From: Octopus sinensis
Taxonomy: Eukaryota
NCBI RefSeq assembly: GCF_006345805.1
Contig: NC_043010.1
Location: 29,326,001 to 29,390,000, forward strand
DNA length: 64,000 nt
Reading direction: 5' to 3'
The notes beneath the pieces were generated by a model. It was not told the DNA's origin, made no database searches, and saw only the letters and a list, made by a program, of their open reading frames with translations. Position numbers and translations under genes: made by a program. Below, one piece after another: positions 37,090 through 49,683 of this stretch (the first letter of the stretch is position 1; every line of letters begins with the position of its first letter).

Positions 37090-39359
37090 TGTGGGATGAC
37101 GTCAGCAGCTCAGCAGCTGGGGACCGGAACTGAGGTTAACCGGAAGAGGCAGCCGTGAGGCGCGCGCAGCGAGCGGCGATATCGGCCTTTCGAACGAGGG
37201 TCGTCGACGTGTGAAGACGGGTGAAGACGTTGCTAAGGTTGGGTGAAGCAGCTGCTATCTTTAGCGTTCGGGTTGGGGCTGTGTCGAAGGATCCGTTACC
37301 ACTGAAGGGTCTCCATCAGAGAGAAGAGAAGGTAGGTGCCTTTATATTCGAATCTCGCACACACTACAAGCTATTTCGGCACTCCACATAAGTCGTCACC
37401 ACGATGTCTGCGAAAATCAGGATCGCCAGCGACATCATCAGGCCCTTTAATGGTGAAGGCGATGTAGTGGCCTGGATTCGTAAAATCAGGCTGATGGTAA
37501 GACTGCAAGGTATAAGCGATGTGGCAAGTCTTATGGCACTGTATTTAGAAGGGAGCGCGTTAACGCTATACCTTGAGATGGAGGAGGAGGAACGCCTGAG
37601 CGAGGAAAAGATAGAGCAACGTTTGCGTGATAACTACACAGAATGTGAATACACAGCTTTTGCTAATCTGGGTGCGATCAGATGGACAGGAGGACAGGTG
37701 GACGAGTAGGCGGCAGAAGTTAGAAGGTTAGCGACGCTGGCTGGGTTTACGGGAGAAGGGCTGGGGAGAGCAGCGCGGTTGGCGTTTGTAAATGGGTTCC
37801 CCGACGATGTAGGGATTCACCTACAACGATTGCCCGGAATTAAAAAGATGGCGCTGAGCGAACTTGTGACTCAGACCCGCGTGTTGATGCGACATTCTGG
37901 GCGGAAGGCGATAGCGATGGCGGTGACGGAGGTGCGTAAAGACGGACGACGACCGGAGAAAGACGTACAGAAGCTTACCATGCAACGAGAGCGGCCGTTC
38001 TCAGGACGGTGTTTTAGATGTCAGGGGTCGCACATGGCGCGGGACTGTACGCAACCGGGGCCCGTTTGCTATCGATGCAGGCAGACAGGGCACATTGCCC
38101 GTGATTGCGACCAGGGAAACGACCGCGGGGAAGTTGCTGCCTCTCGAACTTTCCCCGTAAACGAGTAGAGGCGCTATTGGAGACGCTGCCATTAATTGAC
38201 GTGGAGGCCGAGGGGAAGACGTTCAAGGCCCTCGTGGATACGGGCTGTACGACCACCCTTGTGACTTCAAAGGTGACGAAGGAATGGAACGGGGCAAGTA
38301 GCGTCCGGGCGGTCGACGGCAGCGAAATCCGTTGCAGAGGCAGCAGCAAGGTAGAGATAGTGGTGCGCGGCGCGACGCTAAGGCTGCAGATAATTGTGGA
38401 TGAACGCGTGATAGATGGGGTTGATGTGGTGATGGGGATGGACGCCATCAACTGCCTCGGTGGCGTCAGTGTTGTGGGAAATGAGGTATCGTTCGGAAGC
38501 ATTGAGGGTTATGCTTGATCGGTGGAAAGTGCGTCGCTTGTTCAGAGCAGCGTATAGGCCGAGCGGTAACGGGATCGTGGAGAGGCACCATCGGACAGTC
38601 AAGGCCATAGCGGAAAGAGGGCACATTTCGCCGCTTGAAGCAGTTTTTTGGTACAACTTGTCTCCCCGATCTGGACAAGCTGAGGAATCTGTGCCGCAGA
38701 GAGCTGTATTCAAATATGAATGGAGGCACCCGAGCAAAGCGCCGGAGGATCACGAGGAAGAGAGGGACCCGTCTGCGTGAAAATAGGGGAGGAAGTCTGG
38801 GTTGAGCCACCAAAGGCGCGCTGTACGTCTCAATGGAGCAGAGTAACGGTGACGGCGGTCAATTCCAGAAACAACGTCTCCGTGGATGGAATGCCGCGAC
38901 ACGTCTTGGACCTTCGCAGGATTGTCGCTTCGACGGACGACGATTGTGGAGAGGGGGAGAACGAGGTGCCCAGCTTGAGAAGATCTCGACGCGCAAGGCG
39001 CCCTCCCGGTTGGACGGTGGACTACGACATGGAGTAGAGAGATTGTGATCTTTAAGATCAGGGTGGCGTGTGGGATGACGTCAGCAGCTCAGCAGCTGGG
39101 GACCGGAACTGTGACCGGAACTGGGGTTAACCGGAAGGGGCAGCCGTGAGGCGCGCGCAGCGAGCGGCGATTTCGGCCTTTCGAACGAGGGTCGTCGACG
39201 TGTGAAGACGGGTGAAGACGTTGCTAAGGTTGGGTGAAGCAGCTGCTATCTTTAGCGTTCGGGTCGGGGCTGTGTCGAAGGATCCGTTACCACTGAAGGG
39301 TCCCCATCAGAGCGAAGAGAAGGTAGGTGCCTTTATATTCGAATCTCGCACACACTACA
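37090..39359 (+). mobile_element. Internally deleted Gypsy/Ty3-type LTR retrotransposon (LTR-gag-pro-partial IN-LTR)
   Basis: TG...CA LTRs at 37090-37368 and 39069-39359 (12-bp indel). Near-TSD TAAAC/TATAC. gag has two CCHC knuckles and one premature TAG at 37707; protease has LVDTG; the integrase C-half has NGIVERHHRT. RT and RNase H are absent. Confidence 0.92.
38114..38157 (+). promoter_or_regulatory. Programmed -1 ribosomal frameshift signal (gag-pro)
   Basis: G GGA AAC slippery heptamer in the gag frame, 5-nt spacer, hairpin CGGGGAAGTT/AACTTTCCCCG. The protease ORF is in the -1 frame. Confidence 0.8.
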
Positions 39360-40881
39360 TATACTTTTTAGATCCAGGAATCCCATCACACTTCTTAATT
39401 AATACCTTCAGTAGAATAAATTCAGTAGGTCGGTGGAATTCTTGGATTTAAAAAGGATATGAAATCTTTCAGTTATACAAAGCCGGCACTTCCTTGACCC
39501 CTCAACGTATAGCATGGGTTATTCTTTGACGCTCTACTTGATGGTGTGTTGGTATTGTTTGTTCTCAAATCCCAGGTATGGCTGGCTAATTTTGTGGTTT
39601 TCTTTTTATCCACATGTTGAAAAGTAGACCTATGATTGACATATTTCACTATTTTACATTAGATAACAACTACATGAAAATCGATTGTGACACTTATCTA
39701 CAGGAAACTTACCGACTTGATATTATCCGTGATCAGCCTAGTTGCTAGAGAACGAACACCTAACATAAAATTCCCAACTTTTGGATATTAGATGTCCTAC
39801 TCCCTTGTGCCGCAGTTACCCTTCACTAACAGATGAGGGTAGCACACAATCCGTCGTAAGTAGCTTTCTTTTCAACTACATTGTTCCGGGTTCAGTCCCA
39901 TTGCGTGGAAACTTGGGAAAGTGCTCTCCCTATAGCCTACGTCCGACCAAAGCCTTGTGAGTGGATTTAGTAGATGGGAACTGAAAGAAGGCCGTCGTAT
40001 ATGTGTGTGTGTGTGTGTGTGTGGTGTGTGTGTGTGTGTGCGTGCGTGTGTGTGTGTGTGTGCGTGTGTGTGTGCGTTGTGTGTATGCGTGTGTGTGTGT
40101 GCATGTCCCTTCATCATCGTTTGACATCTCTCACTATATATAAACACGCACGGAGAATATAGCAAATATATTTCTCCGAAACAGCCCGCTTTCAAGCAAA
40201 CAAGTGCATGTTGTACTCTGACTTTTATTATTATTATTATTGTTATTACTATTATTATTATCATTATTGTTGTTGTATATAATTCGAAGTATACAGTATT
40301 ATATATCCATTACGGCCGATCTTACCAATCGGTTTCGTGTTAGGGATTCAACAAAGTGTTAGGTTAGAATCCGATTATATAACCCTGCACTCGTCAGAGG
40401 TAGCCGTTATGGAATGAAATATGGTGATTATTCCCTATTGTTAGAGGTGAATAGACACATCCGGTTTGTGGTTGCTGTGAAAAAAGATGAGGAAATGAAA
40501 CGAGCAGGGGATTGAGTTAAGAGTTATGTCCCTTGGCACCAAATCATCGTCACTGGAGTGGTTATGTTGCAAGTCGGTAAAGTTTGTGGTAAATGTCCGT
40601 GTCCTTAAGGCTCGTGTTCTTGTGGAAATGAAATTTGTGTAGTGGTACTATGTGTATAACCGTTGCAGGTGGTGTGGGCATACACATAAGTGTTCGTTAG
40701 TGTGTTTTCTTTCTTTTATGCATTGGTTAAGCTCTTTTCAAATTAGAAGTAGAAAACCGTTACGGTCAGTTAATTTTGTAAACAAAAAATATATGGTCTC
40801 AGCCTTAATGGTTATCGCCCTTAGATTGGTCCGGTCAACAAAGTTTTACAGCCCTCATCGACGAACGTGGCACGAAGTATG

Positions 40882-40912
<31 letters not shown>

Positions 40913-41499
40913 TGTGTGTGTGTTCGCTTTCACAAGAAAACAGTCTGCACGAATTGGTTTCATACTTGGGGTGCATGAATAGTTTGGGATCTGTTCAGTT
41001 TGGCTCACAGATTTTTTAATTAATTTTTTTTTAACTAGACAGTTTGAAACTTCTTATACTTCGTATTTTTCTCATGCAGAACACGGTTTACTTTGAACAT
41101 TTTTGACAAAATTTGGTATTTTTGAAGTTATTTCGTGTTAAAGTTGTATTTAGGTAATTTCAACCAATCAACGACGTATATTCAGCTGAAGAAAGCTACT
41201 GCTGTTTGCGATAGTAATCGAAGAGGAACGACACTCGTAGCTAAAATCCACGAACAACAACGTGGCCCAAAACTACTAGTTCATTGCTTGCTTAAATGCA
41301 ATGTATAAGCTGTATACAGGTTATTGAATATATTTCTCCAAGATCACTGGGAATGTTTAACGTAATGACCGATGAGCAAGTAAGAAGGACAATAGGAGTT
41401 TGGGGCTATGCTGAACAAAGAAACCATTAAGGAAACCGCCGATGTCAACTGATTGTATGACTAAAATATAAGGAGTTTGACGTTGTCAAACTCCTTATA

Positions 41500-41960
41500 A
41501 TATAATATTCATTAGTGCGTTTGTGTGTGACATGTGTATGTGTAATTCGGCTGCTTGTGCTGCGTTCTTTTCTAATTGTTTGTCGTTTAGTAATAATGAC
41601 GATTATTTTGACCTGTTGATATAAGGAACATATTTCTTGTTTTGAGGGTTCTAAGCTACAGAAATGCTGGAGATTTTTTTTTGGTAAACGGGTTGGTGTT
41701 TAACAGTAGATTAGGGAAACATTTTGGTCTTATTTAGTTTTATGAAGATCGCTAATTTGTGGTCCATACTGCCAAATACTCGAAAGTGTGGATAGCTTAC
41801 GTGAAGCATATTGGTTAACCTAACGTAGATTCAGAGTATGACTTGGATGATCCACTGTGGTTTGTTCTAAATCTAGTTTGGTGCATTCTTTTGATCATAG
41901 TGATGTTTGCCTGATAGTTGGAACTACCTGAGCAGGCTTCTGAAGCTTTTTTAGTATCAG
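41500..41960 (-). mobile_element. Decayed Penelope GIY-YIG/3' remnant
   Basis: AT-rich remnant resembling a PLE endonuclease C-terminus. Adjacent 15-bp perfect hairpin at 41467-41499. Confidence 0.35.
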
Positions 41961-42049
41961 CTCCTTCCAAACAAACTCAACGTGCGTCCAAGATGCCTTT
42001 CCAGTTGTCTGCAAACACTAACTTTGTTTGCTTCACGGTCTTGCTCCAT

Positions 42050-42780
42050 AAAGTTGGTGTCATCTCAGGTTAGTGGTCCCAGAGACATCATCATGCGTAG
42101 AGCCGACCAGATCCATCAGTGCTTTCCATCGTCGTCGGTCCTGTGCCAGCTCCTCTGCATCCTCTAAGGTGACGTTGAGCCTCTGGAGATATTCCCCAAT
42201 CATTTTTAGTCATCCGGTGCGAGGCCTGTCACGAGGCTTCTTCCAGCCTGCCGCTACTGCGTCGAATGAGTAAAACCCTGGTAGGATAAAGTAGCGGGAG
42301 ACAGAGGACAAATCTGTACCAGCACATGTGACGGATAGCTATAAGGTGGGAGACTGCAAGCTGATGCGTGCTCGCATGCAATTCTTTGATGGAAACGTGT
42401 GATCATACCATCTGATGTTCTCGATGGTTCTCAGCGCTCTGCTATTGAAGACGTCGATCCTCTTTGCCAGGGTCTTCGAGAAAAGCCACGGTTCTGCTCC
42501 TTAGAGGAGAAGGAAAGGGTCGATGCGTTGCAAATGTGGAGCTTTGTCTTCCAGGAGTCAGAGCAGTGGCACTAAAGGAGCTTCCATAGAGAGTACATGA
42601 CCCCGGTATCCAGACCACATCTGCGGTTGATCTCCGGGTTCAGGTCTCCACTGTTGGTGAGTAATGTTTCTACAAGCCTGAAGATATCTGACAATTCAGC
42701 TCTGCAAGCAACCATCAAAGAACTACCATTCCCAATGTTCCTCCTCCCTAAGCACCAAGTCATAATTTGGGCCTAGGAAG
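42050..42780 (-). mobile_element. Decayed RTE LINE C-terminal fragment
   Basis: RPR..PRTG..K.I..YLQRL.V..EDA.ELAQDRRRWKAL motif. Confidence 0.65.
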
Positions 42781-42975
42781 ATCGTACTTATCTCTGGGTT
42801 TAGCTCTTTCCGAAACATCACTGCTATACTGCTCTATCTGGGCTAAGTTTAAATCTCGAAGTTAGCCAGAAGGAAGGTGAGTGAGGGATAACTATAATAT
42901 AACAATAACAAGGACTACAACAACAGCAAACGCAAATAAAAGTAATAAGAATATTAAATATAAATAAATACTCAC

Positions 42976-43211
42976 CGGCAAGTTACTTAAGTTTTTATAT
43001 GTATATCTCGAAAAATTAAACACATTCAAGTGTCCTAACGTCGGCAGAGCGAATGAGAACACTTGTTCGTTTTCATGTTTAGCTTCATTTTGTGCTCTTT
43101 CGTTGATTCCGCAAAATAATCTGCAGCATTTGGCCTTTTCTCCTTGAAAACATACATGTATCATGTACAACAAGCTAATTTCAGAGGAAAACTTTACATA
43201 CCAGCTGCTAT
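42976..43211 (-). CDS. Exon F, divergent PLAT-like unit N-terminal part
   Basis: Acceptor ttctgccttttacaccattgcAG, donor CCG|GTGAGT, 236 nt, phase 1->0. Encodes SSWYVKFSSEISLLYMIHVCFQGEKAKCCRLFCGINERAQNEAKHENEQVFSFALPTLGHLNVFNFSRYTYKNLSNLP (I.V.F.GEK and F.F..P.LG.L motifs). Confidence 0.75.
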
Positions 43212-43529
43212 CTGCAATGGTGTAAAAGGCAGAATATATTAAGGGAAACACGATCGCACATATATCTGCATGTACACACAAATACATGTACATCATACAT
43301 GAATGCATAAATACGAGCACACACGCACCACAAACACACACGCACATACACACACACAAATACATACATGCCAACAAAGAAATACAAGTAATCAAGTTAA
43401 TATGAACTTAGTTGCTAGGTATGCTAGAAAAAGCAGTTAAATAGTCTTAAATATCTCCACCTACTGTCATAATAATAATAATAATAAAAAGATAATGACG
43501 GTATAATCAAGGCTGGGGCGTTTTCGATC

Positions 43530-44830
43530 AAGCTTGTCCTGGCGCCAGAAAACAATAACAATAAAATCTCAAAAATTACGACCACTTACATTTTCGACGA
43601 GGATACTACTGAGTAAAAGAGAATTGAATCAATTGCAATTCATTACCCCATTCGGATTTACGGTTGAGGGTGGGTTTGCGTTCCTGTATACAGACAACTT
43701 CGGTGACTTGTCTCAGCATTGCATCAGTGGCATGTGTAGGAAACCAAAGTCTCTCTAAGGAGACAGTTAAAAGTGAGTGTTTTGGGGACGTTTTTTTTTT
43801 TGTACTTTGCCTCCAGTATGTTACACAAAAGCATCCATCAAAAGTCCCCCATCATGCTGGGGTTCCACTTACCTTGGAAGTTGTTCTTCATCTTAGTAAT
43901 ATCTTGGTGGAACCTTTCTCCATGTTCATCACTCACTGCTCTGAACTTCGAAGGGAAGAAGTTGAGGTGGGAGTGGAAAAAGTGAATTTTGAGTGACATT
44001 CGGCATCCCATATCCTCAAAACACTGTAGCAGCTTCGATACACTCTTGGTAATCTAGTGCTTGTGTGTTACCACAGAAGCCATGCTAAACTAACTTAAAT
44101 GTTTCCCGAGCTCTTCATTCATTTAAGGTAAGAAGCTCCACAAAGTCCTTATCCTTCAGCACCTCTCGGATCTGAGGTCCGATGAAGATGCCCTCCTTGA
44201 GCTTAGCAGAACTCAGAGCTGGGAGCAGAGTGAACAAGTGCTGGAAGGCAGCGCTATTTTTGTCGATGGCCTTCACGAAATTCTTCATTAAACCAAGGTT
44301 GATATGAAGGGGAGGAGGAAGAAGCACCTCGTTCATGTCCACCAGAGGATTTTCTTGGACAGTGTGTTCACCAGGCATGAAGGTGCTCCTAGATCCCCAG
44401 TCCTTCTGCCTGTAGTGCTTGGACACAGCTCGACTGTCCCAGAGACAGAGAAAGCAACAGTACTTTGTGAAGTCTGCTTGAGGTCCCCGCAGAGACCCCA
44501 CTGGTACTGGTTGTACTTGACAGCTTCCAAAAAGAGCTCCATATTGTCACACGACTTCTTCAGATAGACTGAGTAGACAATGGGAATGTCTACTAAGTCT
44601 ATCTGTATGGGGTATTTATTCCCATTGAGCAGGAGCACAGCCTTCAGACTTCGCTTGGAAGAGATTGTGAAAAGACGCCAGTCTGAGGGATTGTGTTGGA
44701 AACCAAAGAAGGTGAACAAAACCACCTTAATTGCCCATATATCAACACGGAGAGAAAACAAAGAGACAAGATAAAGCTAGTAAAAAATTACTGGATAATT
44801 CTAGATCCCAAATTTCTGACTTTGCATTTA
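43530..44830 (-). mobile_element. Decayed DNA-transposon transposase, probably Chapaev3-like (CMC group)
   Basis: WRLF..SSKRSLKAVLL.NGNKYP, LCGDLK, CCFLCLWDSRA, PPLHINLGLMKNFVKA and AKLKEGIFIGPQIR. The family assignment is from memory of these motifs. Confidence 0.6.
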
Positions 44831-45250
44831 GGAATGCTTTGCCTCGTCAGTAGAATACACACAGAAGAAAAACATAAATACATATATATATATATATATT
44901 ATATATATATATATATATAATATATATATAAGCACAACATACGAACACATACATATACGAACGTATACCAACATATATATGCACGTATGCATCATGGCCA
45001 GTTCAAAATGCCCGCCGTTTAATTCCATGTGAGATATGGTCAAAATATCGCAGCAGTAAAGGCAGTGACGGAATAAATTTAAATTTATATAAATAAGGAT
45101 AAGATCGTTAATTTAAAAATAAAATAACGATTTTATCAAGTGGTCAGCATAGAAAAATAACCTTCAAATGTAATAATTATTGAAATTATAAATTAGGGTA
45201 TCTACGAGATACCCTATTTATAATTATGTATATATATATATATATATATA

Positions 45251-46510
45251 AAACATTATTGGTGAATTGAAGAAATGGAGCTGAACGCAGATTGAACAGA
45301 AAACGTTTTATTTCATTCTACACGTGTTTCGAAAGGCACAAATTACCAAAATCCGATTGAATAATGGGACCATATTGTGTCTTTCTCTTCAGGAAGAAAA
45401 AAGGAAATCCGTTGGAAAAACAAAAACAGAACAGAGGCGGAGCAAAAAACAAATCGAACTGTGCTCCTAAGAGCCCATGGCGAAACTGTTTATCAGTGTA
45501 TGTTGAGAACCGGTGGCTGAAGAATTCAACGGGTCAGGCATCGGTCAATCATGTGGGTGAGGGTGTATAGATGTTCTTTGTGACCGAGAATAAAGTTCTG
45601 ACTATTTAAAGAATATTGGATGTTTTATAAGGGGCGAGAAAAAATCTACTTAGAGACGTGTGTGTGTGTATACTGTTCTATATATGTGTGTGTTGGCGTA
45701 GGGGTAGAAAACATTTTTTGTGTACGTGTGTGCGTTTGATCGATCAAACGCACACACGTACACAAAAAATGTTTTCTACCCCTACGCCAACACACACATA
45801 TATAGAACAGTATACACACACACACGTCTCTAAGTAGATTTTTTCTCGCCCCTTATAAAACATCCAATATTCTTTAAATAGTCAGAACTTTATTCTCGGT
45901 CACAAAGAACATCTATACACCCTCACCCACATGATTGACCGATGCCTGACCCGTTGAATTCTTCAGCCACCGGTTCTCAACATACACTGATAAACAGTTT
46001 CGCCATGGGCTCTTAGGAGCACAGTTCTCGGTCACAAAGAACATCTATACACCCTCACCCACATGATTGACCGATGCCTGACCCGTTGAATTCTTCAGCC
46101 ACCGGTTCTCAACATACACTGATAAACAGTTTCGCCATGGGCTCTTAGGAGCACAGTTCGATTTGTTTTTTGCTCCGCCTCTGTTCTGTTTTTGTTTTTC
46201 CAACGGATTTCCTTTTTTCTTCCTGAAGAGAAAGACACAATATGGTCCCATTATTCAATCGGATTTTGGTAATTTGTGCCTTTCGAAACACGTGTAGAAT
46301 GAAATAAAACGTTTTCTGTTCAATCTGCGTTCAGCTCCATTTCTTCAATTCACCAATAATGTTTTAATTTCAATTATCCGCACCAACGCACGGTTGCAAC
46401 GCCAGATGGTTGTACCTCCAACCGTGCTGTTTACTGCTGTGATTTTTGCTACTAAGGTATCGGTTAAACTTTTGATTAATCTACTACAAGATTATTCATC
46501 TTTCTATTTC
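45251..46510. mobile_element. Foldback PLE/pLTR-derived element with two opposed hammerheads (45311-45399 minus, 46216-46304 plus)
   Basis: Perfect palindrome centre at 45741/45742, with a 132-bp tandem duplication in the right arm. Motif CUGAAGA-GAAAG.CACAA/UUGUGCCUUUC-GAAA-CACGU-GUA|GAAUGAAA. The tail 46366-46510 resembles the PLE tail at 13802-13900. Confidence 0.7.
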
Positions 46511-46512
46511 AC

Positions 46513-46577
<65 letters not shown>

Positions 46578-46656
46578 TATATTAAATATTAGGAATAAAT
46601 CCAAATTTACAGGGAAAAAATCAGATTTAGGATTAAATCCAATTTTATAGTAAAAT

Positions 46657-46991
46657 ATTATAAAATATTATTAGAGACAAAACCACTATTTTGCAAAACA
46701 AACAAGGAAAGACTTAATCAATACATAAAATTTTATAAATAGTCAAAAAAACCGCCACTACAATCGTTTCTTGTCTTGATCGACAATCTTCAGGTGGACT
46801 TCCAATTACAAGTCAGTTTCATTATTTGAAACTGACTTGTAATTGGAAGTCCACCTGAAGATTGTCGATCAAGAGAAGAAACGATTGTAGTGGCGGTTTT
46901 TTTGACTATTTATTAAAATTTTATGTATTGATTAAGTCTTTCCTTGTTTGTTTTGCAAAATAGTGGTTTTGTCTCTAATAATATTTTATAT
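46657..46991. mobile_element. About 165-bp-arm hairpin (7-nt loop at 46821-46827) carrying two compact 43-nt hammerheads (46755-46797 minus, 46851-46893 plus)
   Basis: CCAC-CUGAAGA-UUGUC gaucaa GACAA-GAAA-C GAUU-GUA|GUGG. The plus copy has GAGAA instead of GACAA. Flanked by (TA)n. Confidence 0.75.
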
Positions 46992-47484
46992 ATATATATA
47001 TATGCAATGAGTAAATTGTTGCCATTTCATATGTTCAATTTCGCTCATGCGCATTATTTGTTTTTGATTTTATCGACTACACAGTATAGTAGGGTCAGTT
47101 GACACTGTCTGTGAGAAAAACAACACCAATACGAACTTTTCAGAATGTGTGTTTGGGTCTCAATCTGAAGACAGTGCAAGGGATTCGGAGAGTTAGATAA
47201 GTCTAATGGTGATTGCAACACCCTTGATTGTTATGTGTGGGATGCAGTTGAGCGAGAGACCAACAAAACTACTTGTAACACCAAAGATGAACTGAAGGCA
47301 AGGATTATGGCACCATGCGCCAACTGAAACAAAGAGAGCGTCCTGAAGAGTTGCAGGAGATTCCGAAGTCGTCTGGAGATCGTGGTTGAAGCCAATGGCG
47401 ATTTTATTGAATAAATTTACTCTTTAGCATTTCAAGATATTTTTATGTAATTTTGGTAAATATATCTGTTAAATGAGATGTCAG

Positions 47485-47538
<54 letters not shown>

Positions 47539-47571
47539 TTATGCATGCATGTATGCGTATATGGATGTATT

Positions 47572-47607
<36 letters not shown>

Positions 47608-47722
47608 CGTATGAGTGCATGGTTAATGCACCTATTTGTTCCTCATACAGACATGCACGTACATGCATTAGATGAAAATATGCAGCTTTGTCCGAGAATT
47701 CATACATTTAAATACCACTTAC

Positions 47723-47819
47723 TTCCTAGACGTTGATTGACACTCATTACTGCTTCTTTATTTACGATTTTATCATAATGGAAAACTCCCATTTCCGTAC
47801 CATTACTGTAGATAGTTAT
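47723..47819 (-). CDS. Exon E, PLAT-like unit C-terminal part
   Basis: Acceptor ttctttatctaactacAG, donor A|GTAAGT, 97 nt, phase 0->1. Encodes ITIYSNGTEMGVFHYDKIVNKEAVMSVNQRLG. Confidence 0.82.
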
Positions 47820-47904
47820 CTGTAGTTAGATAAAGAACTGTCCGTCAAGCTCAATACGGAACATTGAAAAGTCAATAAAGATTGTAGATATGTAACCATA
47901 CATC

Positions 47905-48810
47905 GTAAGTGTAGCACAATATTGTATTACATGGAAAAATGCGAGGAAGAGAAATAATATTCTTAGGATTATAAGTCTGGAAAAGTACAGGACAAGTTAT
48001 TACAATTGGAAAGGTTCAGGACAAGAAATTTTTTACTTAAAATATTGCAGCTAATAATAAAATTTCAAATGAAATATTTAAATTTAGAAAATATTAGCTT
48101 TTATTAAAACTAAATATTTTTTTACAAGTTATTGCTTCTATTTGTTATTACTTGTTACTTCTATCAAAAATTAAAAAATAACTCAGAATATTTTTTTGCA
48201 CTTTAAAAAAGATTCATTTTTTAAAATTATTAATTGATAGCTAGAAATTTTAAATAGGTTATAAAAATGATAGTAGTACATAATTAGTTAGTACAATAAA
48301 TAGAATAATACAAGAATTAGTTATATATTTCAATAAAATCTACCTATAACAATAAATTCACAGTAAAATTTGCTTGAGTTATTGCCTAAGTTATTGTCAA
48401 GTCTTCGCATTTTTAATCTTGACCCAATGCCTATTTTTTACATAATAAATTTGCCCACCATATATACTATTCTACTTTGCATAAAACTTTAGCTATATTA
48501 GTATTTCTGGCTCTCATTTTTAAAGTATTTTGGTGTGTCAATATTTTAACAAAATGATGATACTGTTTTTAATTATAATATTACTTTGTAAATTAAGATC
48601 AAATCATTTTTAAAATTCAAATTTTATTGTTAGCTGCAATATTCTAAGTAAAAAATTCTTATTCTGTACTTTACCGGATGTAATAACTTCTGAACTTTTC
48701 CAAGTGTAATAACTTGTCCTTTACTTTTCCAGGTTTATAATCTAAAGAATATTATTTCTCTTGCTCACATTTTCCCATGTAATCCATGTTTTTACAAGGC
48801 TATGCTATTA
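47905..48810. mobile_element. AT-rich MITE/foldback with about 150-bp imperfect terminal inverted repeats
   Basis: 47925-48075 is the reverse complement of about 48610-48785 (e.g. atattgcagctaataataaaattt / aaattttattgttagctgcaatat). Confidence 0.6.
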
Positions 48811-49339
48811 CGCTAATTAATAAGGTGTCAATTAATGATTTAAGAGTTTACATTATTGAAAATTGAATAATAAATATAAAGTGTGTGTTGTATGTATATG
48901 TGTGAGAGAGAAAGGGAATGTGTGTGCATGTTGTTGTTGTTGTTGTTGTGTGTGTGAGGGAGGGAGAAAGAGAGAATGACAGCGTACATTTTTCATTTAT
49001 TTTTCCTGGCATCTTTTTTGAGTGAGTGTGTGAGTGCGAGAGAGAGAAAGAGAAAGAGAAAATGTGTGTTGTGTGTGTGTGACAGAAAGAGAGAGAGAGA
49101 GAGAGAGAAAGAGAGTGATGGTGTAAATTTTTTATTTATTTACTTTTTCTCGCATTTTGTTTTAGTGAGTGTTTGACAGAGAGAGAGAGAGAGAGGGGGG
49201 GGGTGTTGTCAGAGAGAAAGATTGAGAGATGTCTTGGTTTGTGTGTGTTTGTGAGAGAGAGAAGGAGTGATAGCGTAATCTTTTTTATTCATTTAGTTTT
49301 TCTCGCATCTTTTTTAGTGTGTTAGTGTGTGAGTGATTG

Positions 49340-49424
<85 letters not shown>

Positions 49425-49629
49425 GTCATGTATCTGTAAAATGGCTTGGGTCAGTCAAACACGCACAGAAACACATACGTATACCCATTATCAGTCGTTA
49501 CAAGTACATGCATAAATACATATGCATCCATGTTTTTCATGTGCGTGTGGGAGAGAGAAAAAAGTCAAGGTGTGTGTTCGCATGACAATTTTTTTTGCAT
49601 GTGTGTATAAGTAGCAAAGTAAACTTTAC

Positions 49630-49683
<54 letters not shown>

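Noticed and set aside
43143-43211. 10-nt micro-exon plus short intron at the start of exon F
   Set aside because: Reading straight through keeps the frame, yields PLAT-like strands (WYVKF..IHVCFQGEK) and preserves the 1->0 pattern.
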